A stretch of 30,568 nucleotides of DNA, from IMG/VR virus record IMGVR_UViG_3300011336_000236, positions 1 to 30,568 of that record; one strand, written 5' to 3'. The DNA comes from a virus (lineage: Duplodnaviria; Caudoviricetes). Shown here one piece after another: positions 8,641-15,576 of the stretch. The notes below the pieces were generated by a model. That model made no database searches. It saw nothing but the letters and a program-made list of their open reading frames with translations, and had not been told where the DNA came from. The translations under genes and the position numbers were made by a program. Within the stretch, counting starts at the first letter, position 1. The number at the start of each line of letters is the position of its first letter.

Positions 8641-8946
8641 ATGGATAAACAAACTCAATCACTAGAATCCCTTAATCGTGCAAAGCATGGTGATTCTTTA
8701 CTTAACTATCAAACTATCCTTAGTGGCTTTGCATCTAAGGGTATCGCACACAATGACATTATCCCTAGGGAAAACGTTTTCACCTATAAGGCTTGGTTAG
8801 CCCTTGGTAGGCAAGTGCGTAAGGGTGAAACGGGCGTTAAGTGCGTTACTTGGATAGATACAGAATCCAAGGAAACGGGTAAACCAAGCAAACTAGTGCG
8901 TAGTGTTTCAGTGTTTCACGTTTCACAAACTGATGCTATACAGTAA
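8641..8946 (+). CDS. ArdC-like N-terminal ssDNA-binding domain protein (anti-restriction candidate)
   Basis: Motif 'FTYKAWLALGRQVRKGETG...VFHVSQT' matches the ArdC/DUF1738 signature (W...G..V.KGE.....VF...Q). Confidence 0.75.
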   Translation: MDKQTQSLESLNRAKHGDSLLNYQTILSGFASKGIAHNDIIPRENVFTYKAWLALGRQVRKGETGVKCVTWIDTESKETGKPSKLVRSVSVFHVSQTDAIQ

Positions 8947-9025
8947 CTAGGGTATATACCTATTGTGTAGGGGCTTTTTAGCCCTTACATTTCAATTTCA
9001 ATCAACTACTTTAATAGGTGTCAAT

Positions 9026-9205
9026 ATGAAAATCACTGAGCAAAAAAACGGGAATTACACTACATTTGAACGTATCGCACACAATGGTTATTACATAGTC
9101 AAACTGTATAAAAACGGGCAACTATGCGACAAAATAATGGCCGATACTTACAAGGGCGCGAGAGAATATCTAAAATCATTTAATCTATTGGCTAAAAACT
9201 CTTAA
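9026..9205 (+). CDS. Early hypothetical protein
   Basis: ATG at 9026 after the TTAATAGGTGT motif (MKITEQKNG...). Confidence 0.75.
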   Translation: MKITEQKNGNYTTFERIAHNGYYIVKLYKNGQLCDKIMADTYKGAREYLKSFNLLAKNS

Positions 9206-9217
9206 TAGGTGTTAACT

Positions 9218-9313
9218 ATGCGTCAATTCTTACTCGATACCCTTAGTGGCTTAGTTTTCTGTATAGCATGGGTTACTCTACTGCTAGCGTATTTTGATTG
9301 TTTAACTTTTTAG
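9218..9313 (+). CDS. Small membrane peptide (31 aa)
   Basis: Not in the ORF track. MRQFLLDTLSGLVFCIAWVTLLLAYFDCLTF, preceded by the same RBS motif. One hydrophobic helix. Confidence 0.65.
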   Translation: MRQFLLDTLSGLVFCIAWVTLLLAYFDCLTF

Positions 9314-9361
9314 TCTCTAGACTGCTAACCCTTAAATTAGGGGTTAGTGGCCTAGTGATTG
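9311..9361 (+). other. Long intergenic hairpin, RNase III-site-like (copy 1)
   Basis: CTGCTAACCCTT/AGGGGTTAGTGG upper stem plus lower stem. Homologous to 10049-10101. Confidence 0.6.
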
Positions 9362-9415
9362 TCATTAGGGGCATGGGTTTGCCCATGCTTAATTTTCTTT
9401 TTAATAGGTGTTCAT

Positions 9416-10051
9416 ATGAAATTTTCAGTTATGCGTAAAGAGTTAAAAGCCCTTAATCGTTTCAGTTCTACTAAGGATATGCGGTATTACTTATGCGGTA
9501 TCCATGTAGTGCAAAACAATAGGGGCACTTACTTAGAATCTACAAACGGGCATATGCTAGGGCGTTTATTGATAGATGACGCACCAAAGGAAAAGAGTAG
9601 CGTTATTATCGGTAATGACGCACTAAAAACCCTTGTAGGCACTGCTAAAAATGCCAATGAAATACTACATTTCACTATTGACGGGGTAAAAATTCACGTC
9701 ATAACGCCTACTGGTGAACAAACATTCCAAGCATTAGACGGGAATTTTCCCGATTGTGATCGTGTTTTGCCCCTAGTCTTAAAAGATGAGGATATTGCGC
9801 CCGCTAGTTTTAACCCTGAATATTTAATGGCATTTCACCAAGCGGCGTTAGATATAAAAGAAAGTAAAAAGGGCGCAACGCCTACTGTATCTATTTTGCA
9901 ACGGGGAAATAATAGCGCACTGGTAAACATAGGCGTAGATAACTTTATCGGGGTTATTATGCCGATTCGTGACGGCGTAGGCGCAACAATTCCATCATGG
10001 TGCTATACGCCCTCAGTTAAGCCCGTAGAGACTGAAACGGCAACCGCTTAA
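9416..10051 (+). CDS. DNA polymerase III beta-clamp-like protein (truncated, about two domains)
   Basis: 'KDMRYYLCGIHV...ESTNGHML' resembles DnaN 'D.RYYLNG...VATDGHRL'. Also 'LDGNFPDCDRVLP', 'FNPEYL' and 'VIMPIR'. About 211 aa versus about 366 aa for DnaN. Confidence 0.82.
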   Translation: MKFSVMRKELKALNRFSSTKDMRYYLCGIHVVQNNRGTYLESTNGHMLGRLLIDDAPKEKSSVIIGNDALKTLVGTAKNANEILHFTIDGVKIHVITPTGEQTFQALDGNFPDCDRVLPLVLKDEDIAPASFNPEYLMAFHQAALDIKESKKGATPTVSILQRGNNSALVNIGVDNFIGVIMPIRDGVGATIPSWCYTPSVKPVETETATA

Positions 10052-10101
10052 TCTCTGAGACTGTAAGCCCTTAGCAATAGGGGTTTATGGCCTAGTGATT
10101 G
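10049..10101 (+). other. Long intergenic hairpin, RNase III-site-like (copy 2)
   Basis: CTGTAAGCCCTTA-GCAA-TAGGGGTTTATGG with compensatory changes relative to copy 1 and a shared 3' arm TGGCCTAGTGATTG. Confidence 0.6.
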
Positions 10102-10127
10102 ACTAGGGTTTTTTAATAGGTGTCAAT

Positions 10128-10442
10128 ATGGAAAATCAATTTAAGACTTGGTTAAAAGAGAACTATTCGCAAAATGAGTTAGCAGATATTGCTAATCATG
10201 GGTGCTCTGGTGGTGTTGGTGGCATGATTTATTACAATGAAACAGAGGCCATTTATCGCAAATTTGCCCATGAATTGCACGACATACTGGCCGAGTATCA
10301 GGAGCAAGTAGGGAATTTTCCCGATTATGTGACGGATGAATTAGGCCATTTCCCTAGTTTTGCAAATGCCGTTGTGTGGCTTTGCTCTGAAATGGTGGCG
10401 CAAGAGTTGACGTGCGGCGTTTATGAAGATGAAACCGCATGA
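10128..10442 (+). CDS. Acidic early protein (possible Ocr-like DNA mimic)
   Basis: 104 aa, D/E-rich, motif 'HGCSGGVGGMIYYNET'. Preceded by the RBS motif. Function is inferred. Confidence 0.7.
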   Translation: MENQFKTWLKENYSQNELADIANHGCSGGVGGMIYYNETEAIYRKFAHELHDILAEYQEQVGNFPDYVTDELGHFPSFANAVVWLCSEMVAQELTCGVYEDETA

Positions 10443-10492
10443 TTTATGCAACCCTAGCCCTAATCCTTCAAATTATCCTTAAACGCAAATAA
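10439..10492 (+). CDS. Possible 17-aa peptide
   Basis: ATGA overlap with the upstream stop. MIYATLALILQIILKRK fills the gap to the next RBS. Confidence 0.35.
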   Translation: MIYATLALILQIILKRK

Positions 10493-10504
10493 AGAGGTGT
10501 AAAA

Positions 10505-10672
10505 ATGAAAATATGGTTTTGTTTAAACAATGACGGAGAAATTTATTGCATAGGTAAATTTTCAGATATAGCAGAGGCAGATTATCAAGCCGACAAAATG
10601 GGACTTTCGCCCATTTGGTTACTTGATGAAGAAACCGCTAAAAACTGGAGAGATAAATTAAAGACTAAATAA
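10505..10672 (+). CDS. Early hypothetical protein (55 aa)
   Basis: Not in the ORF track. MKIWFCLNNDGEIYCIGKFSDIAEADYQADKMGLSPIWLLDEETAKNWRDKLKTK, with GAGGTG RBS. Confidence 0.7.
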   Translation: MKIWFCLNNDGEIYCIGKFSDIAEADYQADKMGLSPIWLLDEETAKNWRDKLKTK

Positions 10673-10707
10673 GTTAGTAAGCACTTACATCAAAAGGAGT
10701 TAATAAA

Positions 10708-11016
10708 ATGCTTAATGTTGGAAAATATAATGTTCGCATTGTAAAAAATGGCGATAAATACGGGCGGGACTTTTGCCTCATCCATGACAACGACAAGCCA
10801 ATGGCAGAATTTTATGATGCCAGATATCCCCACACAGAGTTTGGTCAGTTTGTCTCTAGATATTATGTCGGCACATTATTGGGGCATGAGGGTTTCTATG
10901 GCCGTCAATATACCAAAGGTGAGGGATTATGCTTAGATGGCGGAAATCGTGATGAGTGGAGCGTCTCAGGCGAGGAGATGGACATTGTTAGAGATTATTT
11001 AAAAGCAAATACATAA
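10708..11016 (+). CDS. Early hypothetical protein
   Basis: 102 aa with a strong AAGGAG RBS. Confidence 0.8.
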   Translation: MLNVGKYNVRIVKNGDKYGRDFCLIHDNDKPMAEFYDARYPHTEFGQFVSRYYVGTLLGHEGFYGRQYTKGEGLCLDGGNRDEWSVSGEEMDIVRDYLKANT

Positions 11017-11036
11017 GTTAGTAAGCACTCACTTAC

Positions 11037-11062
11037 AACCACCTTTCGGGGTGGTTTTTTTA
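11037..11062 (+). terminator. Intrinsic terminator ending the early operon
   Basis: AACCACCT-TTCG-GGGTGGTT followed by a T run. Confidence 0.88.
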
Positions 11063-11168
11063 TGCCCTAAAAAAGCCCCGTAAAAGCCCGTTTTAGCCGC
11101 TTACCCTTCTCCGATGTATGCCAACCACAAAATAACGCCTAGAAAGCCCGTTTTAATGCATTTTTGCC

Positions 11169-11408
11169 CTACTCGTTGGGGTATTCGTCAGTCGTTGAAA
11201 CAGTCACAAGCCCGATATGGCGCAAATCCATCTCAGTATTCAGCCCCAAATTGTAAAAATGTGCGCCCCACATAATGCAAATTCTTACGCCCTCCGCATA
11301 ACTGCCTTTTCCTATTGTCCTCAGAATGTGCCGTTCTGCCTCTGTTAACTTGAACAAATGCCCATGCATTTCGTCATATTTGGGTCTATTTGGTAGCGGT
11401 TTTGGCAC
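11169..11408 (-). CDS. Hypothetical protein (possible small DNA-binding protein)
   Basis: 79 aa ORF at the end of the minus-strand operon. Confidence 0.65.
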   Translation of the reverse strand: MPKPLPNRPKYDEMHGHLFKLTEAERHILRTIGKGSYAEGVRICIMWGAHFYNLGLNTEMDLRHIGLVTVSTTDEYPNE

Positions 11409-11874
11409 TTCTTAACCCTTTGACTTGTTGCCTCCAATATTCCCCAATAAGTAGGGCTTCGGCTAGGTTGTTGTCCTTCTTTCGCTTTAACGGGGCTTCA
11501 GGCCAAAACATACGGGCTATATCGAGCGAATCCTCTTTGTCGTGAATATGGAAAAAGCCCTTCCATACTTGAGGGCGCACCATGTGGCAGGGATAGGCGG
11601 TTAATTCACAAATGGCGGTTATTGCACCCACTGCCCTTGCAAATGTCCACATGGCAGAGGCTGATTGACCTGGGCGACTGTATAGCATCTCAATGGCTAT
11701 CTCTGCCCCTTCCTTGGGGTCTATTGCCCTTAAAAGTGCATTTTTAAGCACCATTGCCCTAATGTGCTTGTCTTGATGCTCAATCATAAAAGATTCAATG
11801 TAATTACCCTCTGAATCCAAAACACCTACCGCACCCGTTGCACTCGCAGGGTCTACCCCGCAGAAAACTGTCAT
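11386..11874 (-). CDS. RuvC-like Holliday junction resolvase
   Basis: 'GVDPASATGAVG', 'IAIE', 'VRPQVWK' and 'DNNLAEALLIG' follow the phage RuvC-like catalytic pattern. Confidence 0.85.
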   Translation of the reverse strand: MTVFCGVDPASATGAVGVLDSEGNYIESFMIEHQDKHIRAMVLKNALLRAIDPKEGAEIAIEMLYSRPGQSASAMWTFARAVGAITAICELTAYPCHMVRPQVWKGFFHIHDKEDSLDIARMFWPEAPLKRKKDNNLAEALLIGEYWRQQVKGLRSAKTATK

Positions 11875-12101
11875 TTCCAGAACCTTTTAAGCAAGTCTGT
11901 TGCAAAGTGCTTTTGATACTCTGTCTGCTTTGGCTCTGTTAATTTACGGGGCTTTTGTGGCAATACCCCTTTGAACACCTCTTCTTTTGTCCTGAACAAC
12001 TTAAAGCAGATATTGCACATTCGTCTACGATAGGTGAATTCCTCATGCTGGATTGTCTCTGTAATCCTGTTTTTATCTGATTGGCATTTAGGGCATTTCA
12101 T
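11871..12101 (-). CDS. Zn-ribbon protein resembling the NrdR N-terminal domain
   Basis: MKCPKC...RRRMCNICFKLFRTKE versus NrdR MxCPxC...RRRxCxxCxxRFTTxE. No ATP-cone domain. Confidence 0.75.
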   Translation of the reverse strand: MKCPKCQSDKNRITETIQHEEFTYRRRMCNICFKLFRTKEEVFKGVLPQKPRKLTEPKQTEYQKHFATDLLKRFWK

Positions 12102-12334
12102 TTAGTTATCCTCATTCTTAGTTTTTCTTGGTTTCTTTCAGGCATAAGTTCTTCTGCATGGATTTCCTTCCCGTCAACGATGTAACTTACTCTGCCAAAT
12201 TTATTCATTTTTACCTTTTGCACTACGCCTATAAATGGTTTGCCTTTCCAAGGAAAAGGGTAAATTGGAATTTTGTCACCCGATTTGGCATAAACTTTCA
12301 TGTAATCAATGTTATGTCTCATGTGTTCACGCAT
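12098..12334 (-). CDS. Hypothetical protein
   Basis: 78 aa ORF within the operon. Its stop overlaps the downstream start. Confidence 0.6.
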   Translation of the reverse strand: MREHMRHNIDYMKVYAKSGDKIPIYPFPWKGKPFIGVVQKVKMNKFGRVSYIVDGKEIHAEELMPERNQEKLRMRITK

Positions 12335-12714
12335 GGCTCTTGCCCTTTTAAATGCAATCCAATAGCGAGCATTGCATAGTCAATATGCTGTATGCCCTTT
12401 AACCCTAAATTTGGCACTTTACGCAGTTCTCTAATACTCCATTGCTGAAGTTGTGCAGTTGTATGAATTCCCTCGGAACGCAAACAATGCTCATACCTTA
12501 CTGGTAGATTTAACCTATCAATACCGCCTGTTTTTATATCCTCGTTGACTTTCCAGCGCTCAAGAATCCTGTCTTTTTCGTCAATCATGCTTTCTGCTAT
12601 TTGGTAAGCAAGTCGTGCGGCACTTCCAGCATTGTGTTTTTCTGTTGCAATCAATGCCTTCATTGCTTCAGTCGCAAATTTGTCTAACAATTCTTCTTTA
12701 GTTAAGTGAGTCAT
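12319..12714 (-). CDS. Protein with C-terminal RNA polymerase alpha-CTD-like domain
   Basis: 'IDRLNLPVRYEHCLRSEGIHTTAQLQQWSIRELRKVPNLGLKGIQHI' aligns with RpoA '[47 protein letters not shown]'. Confidence 0.88.
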   Translation of the reverse strand: MTHLTKEELLDKFATEAMKALIATEKHNAGSAARLAYQIAESMIDEKDRILERWKVNEDIKTGGIDRLNLPVRYEHCLRSEGIHTTAQLQQWSIRELRKVPNLGLKGIQHIDYAMLAIGLHLKGQEPCVNT

Positions 12715-12959
12715 TCTTTAATTCCTTGATTCTGTTGGCTATCGAGATACCGAGAGTAGGAAAATCCTTCTTCAGTTCTACTGTTCTGTGTCTCGCCTGT
12801 TCTATCGTCTTTGGGTTCATTGCCATTAGTGCGTAATGGTTTGTCAGGAAAGTCAGGAATGTCTCCTGTTTGCTGAAGGGCTTGAGTTGTGAGAGATAGG
12901 GGCATTGGGTAGCCTTCTCTAACTCTGTTGAGGATGGTTCTTGCATGGTCTAGCGTCAT
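12711..12959 (-). CDS. Hypothetical protein
   Basis: ATGA overlaps at both ends, suggesting translational coupling. An alternative frame (12698-12946) is also open. Confidence 0.55.
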   Translation of the reverse strand: MTLDHARTILNRVREGYPMPLSLTTQALQQTGDIPDFPDKPLRTNGNEPKDDRTGETQNSRTEEGFSYSRYLDSQQNQGIKE

Positions 12960-13264
12960 CTTAGTGCCTCTCTAGCAAATTCCAAGGCAATTCTCGCAAC
13001 TGGTCTGCCTTCGTTGTGTTTATCAATGATTCGTTTTGCCCAACCTCTAGGGTCATTTGGGTATTTGTTGGGTTCTGCCATGTATGACGGGCTTTGTCGG
13101 CAATATGAGTCATAACAAGTCATGCACCTAGCACCATAAATCATCAGGTCTTTGTGAGGCGTTATCTGATAACACTCTGAGCATGGTTTTGGTGGCGGTG
13201 GCGCATCTTCACCACCAACTTTCCCACCACGATAACTGTCTTTTTCTGGTTTAGCAAAGGTCAT
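12956..13264 (-). CDS. Hypothetical Zn-finger protein downstream of the initiator
   Basis: CxxC...CxxC and a 'DPRGWAKRII' tail. Coupled to the initiator gene. Confidence 0.7.
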   Translation of the reverse strand: MTFAKPEKDSYRGGKVGGEDAPPPPKPCSECYQITPHKDLMIYGARCMTCYDSYCRQSPSYMAEPNKYPNDPRGWAKRIIDKHNEGRPVARIALEFAREALR

Positions 13265-14040
13265 TTTGTGTATTTCCCATCAATGATTTTCTGAAAATTA
13301 GTAGCATTTACCACCCACTCAAGGTCTGGCAACCAAGTTCTGCCTTTGGCCTCAAAGCCTTTTGCCAAGGAGGTATCGTTGGCGATGTATCCAAAGAACG
13401 AATCCCACCACTTCAAGCCATCTTCTGTTGTTTTGTAGCCATCAGTCGAGTATGCAGATGGTTTACTAGCCTGAATCCATCTTTGCCTCATGTTGGCTTG
13501 CCTGTTTCCTTCCCAAGTTCTTGGTTGCGTAAGGTGAGGCAAATTCTTTGCCCAAAGTTTTAATAACTCGGTGTGCGGGCATGGCGGGAACGTAGTTCCA
13601 GACAAAGAAGGTTTACCTTCTTGAATAATTGGTTCTTGGTTATTGGTTATTGGTTTATGGTTATTGGTTAGTTGCTCATCTGTATAACTGCTGTTCAACA
13701 CCTGTTCAACACCTGATGAACGCCTGTTCTTCCTCTGTTCAGCAGATGCTTTACCAGCAGTAGACTTTTTGTTTAACAATGCTCTATATTCTTCAATTTC
13801 TTGGTTACATCGTTTTTGATGCCACCCGTTTTCACAAAGAATGAAATAACTATCCAATAGAAGTTGGGTATCCTCTTGAGAAGCCCCAATCTGAAAAGCA
13901 AGTATTTTTGTGTCTGGTTTAAGTGGCTTTTCGCTGTCGTAATACATCCATAAAAGACGCAAATAAGCCATTGTTTGACCATCGGAGAGTCTTGCCGTGG
14001 CTTTAATAAAGTCACCAATATGGTGCTGATAGTAATGCAT
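13261..14040 (-). CDS. DUF1376 (YdaU-like) phage replication initiator
   Basis: N-terminus 'MHYYQHHIGDF...AYLRLLWMYYDSEKPL', linker with iteron-coded 'TNNHKPITNNQEP', C-terminal 'DLEWVV...NFQKIIDGKY'. Confidence 0.85.
   Translation of the reverse strand: MHYYQHHIGDFIKATARLSDGQTMAYLRLLWMYYDSEKPLKPDTKILAFQIGASQEDTQLLLDSYFILCENGWHQKRCNQEIEEYRALLNKKSTAGKASAEQRKNRRSSGVEQVLNSSYTDEQLTNNHKPITNNQEPIIQEGKPSLSGTTFPPCPHTELLKLWAKNLPHLTQPRTWEGNRQANMRQRWIQASKPSAYSTDGYKTTEDGLKWWDSFFGYIANDTSLAKGFEAKGRTWLPDLEWVVNATNFQKIIDGKYTK
13630..13715. repeat. Iteron-like repeats inside the initiator gene (probable origin)
   Basis: Six TGGTT units at 7-bp spacing (13630-13669) and a tandem CTGTTCAACAC x2 (13691-13712). 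Confidence 0.7.
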
Positions 14041-14143
14041 GGTTTTTACCTTTTTCAAGCACCTTTGAGAGAAACCTCGGCAGGGGAAGGTGTAACCCTT
14101 TTCAATACGCTCATGACTTCGTATCTAGCCGTGTTTCAAACTA

Positions 14144-14521
14144 TTATAGCGAAACTCTTGGATAAACTAAATTATCCCCAAATTTACTCGGGTATTGTAA
14201 AAAATCAAATGCACCTTCCCTGATGCCACTTTGCTTCAAGTCAGCCCCGTCATAGAGTTCTGTGGTTGTGCCTGCGCTTATCTTGGTGGCAACTGGTCTG
14301 GGCATCTTCTTCTCTTCCACCTTGGCAACCCCAAATCCTGTGATGTGATAGTAATCTCCTATCAATACCGCATAACCCCAATTCTCTATGTCGCTGAGAT
14401 ATTTCTCGTAGTGGTGGCCTTGGTTGCCTACGCCCTGAGAGGCATGGGTGAAGTCCTTTAGTGAACAAGATGAATATGCTAATCTTTTGAGTATGGTCAT
14501 GTGACCAAGTTTTAGTTCCAT
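14144..14521 (-). CDS. Hypothetical protein, possibly a winged-helix regulator
   Basis: First gene of the leftward operon with AAGGAG RBS. 'GYAVLIGDYYHITGFG' is wing-like. Confidence 0.7.
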   Translation of the reverse strand: MELKLGHMTILKRLAYSSCSLKDFTHASQGVGNQGHHYEKYLSDIENWGYAVLIGDYYHITGFGVAKVEEKKMPRPVATKISAGTTTELYDGADLKQSGIREGAFDFLQYPSKFGDNLVYPRVSL

Positions 14522-14543
14522 GTAAGTCTCCTTTTGACAGGCA

Positions 14544-14616
14544 ATACTACCTTTAAAAATAGTTTGTCAACATAGGGTTTGTCCTAGTTCACAAGCCTTT
14601 TTTATTCCTTGACAAT
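14544..14616. promoter_or_regulatory. Divergent promoters flanking a TAGGGTTTGTCCTA site
   Basis: Plus strand: TTCACA (14588), 17 bp, GACAAT (14611). Minus strand: TTGACA (14570-14565), 15 bp, TAGTAT. The palindrome at 14573-14586 lies between the two -35 elements. Confidence 0.55.
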
Positions 14617-14644
14617 CCTCTCACCAACTTAAAAAGGAGTGAAT

Positions 14645-14926
14645 ATGTCGGTAAAACCTAGTGACTTTAAACATGAGATTTGCGTGTACTTGGAAGGCAT
14701 TGGCGAGTGCTTGGTGTGTTTTGACATACTGACACCTGGCGATGAGTTAGACCCTGACCACAGCGATGACTATGAGATTGACTTTGCCGTGTTTGATGAG
14801 CAAGACAAGCACATCACCTACGACATTGACCACAAGCAATACAACCATTGTGAAAACAAAGCAATGGACGAGATGCGAGATATAACTACACAATGGAAAA
14901 AAGAATGGGAGGAAGCCTTTGACTAA
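14645..14926 (+). CDS. Acidic hypothetical protein
   Basis: AAGGAG RBS. First gene of the rightward operon. Confidence 0.75.
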   Translation: MSVKPSDFKHEICVYLEGIGECLVCFDILTPGDELDPDHSDDYEIDFAVFDEQDKHITYDIDHKQYNHCENKAMDEMRDITTQWKKEWEEAFD

Positions 14927-15110
14927 AACTGAGATGGTTACGCACCTGAGAATGGCGGCAGTCAGCGAGAACACAATCACCGCTATGTGTAATAGTTACG
15001 AACTAGGTGCTGAACATGAGCGTGATGTTGTGAGTTCTATCATTTTCAACATGGTGAAAGACTTACATCTTGCACAAAACATAGTTGATACTATTAGGGT
15101 GAGAGAATGA
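14919..15110 (+). CDS. Hypothetical protein
   Basis: TTG start with GGAGG RBS, overlapping both neighbours. Confidence 0.65.
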   Translation: MTKTEMVTHLRMAAVSENTITAMCNSYELGAEHERDVVSSIIFNMVKDLHLAQNIVDTIRVRE

Positions 15111-15409
15111 ACGACAAACTTGACCAAGCCTTCGATGAACTGGAGTTCAACATCAATGTGACTGAAGAGATGCGTAAAGCAAAGTATCTTGCAGAGCAGA
15201 AAGAGGTTGCTACGGGCGTTACAGATGGTTCAATTCAACGAGCATTGGTCAGGGATTTGACAGAGAATCTACGCACATTGCCTCAAAGCACAGATTACAA
15301 CTTGCTTAGAAACGATGTGATAGAAGAGGTGGCAGTCGAGTTGGCTAAGTTGCCTTTTGGGGACACAGCCGCTAGTTATGCCGCATTTGTAAGGCAGATG
15401 AAACGTTAA
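15107..15409 (+). CDS. Hypothetical protein
   Basis: ATGA coupling. C-terminal 'RNDVIEEVA...FGDTAASYAAFVRQMK'. Confidence 0.75.
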   Translation: MNDKLDQAFDELEFNINVTEEMRKAKYLAEQKEVATGVTDGSIQRALVRDLTENLRTLPQSTDYNLLRNDVIEEVAVELAKLPFGDTAASYAAFVRQMKR

Positions 15410-15432
15410 CATTTTTTAAGATAGGAGTGAAT

Positions 15433-15576
15433 ATGGATAGACCAGTTGTGGGCGTTACAGCCCCATACAGAAAGAGCGACTACACATACAACAATATGCT
15501 GTTGGATCGCATCAAAGACCTAGAAGCCTTGGTTGCCAAACTAGAGCAACGCATTAAAGTGCTGGAGGGCAAATGA
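15433..15576 (+). CDS. Small coiled-coil protein (47 aa)
   Basis: Not in the ORF track. MDRPVVGVTAPYRKSDYTYNNMLLDRIKDLEALVAKLEQRIKVLEGK, with AGGAG RBS and ATGA overlap with the next gene. Confidence 0.7.
   Translation: MDRPVVGVTAPYRKSDYTYNNMLLDRIKDLEALVAKLEQRIKVLEGK

Noticed and set aside
14144-14640. Lambda-type cI/cro immunity switch and prophage status
   Set aside because: Divergent promoters exist, but no recognisable CI repressor, integrase, att site or host genes are present. Lifestyle cannot be determined from this window.
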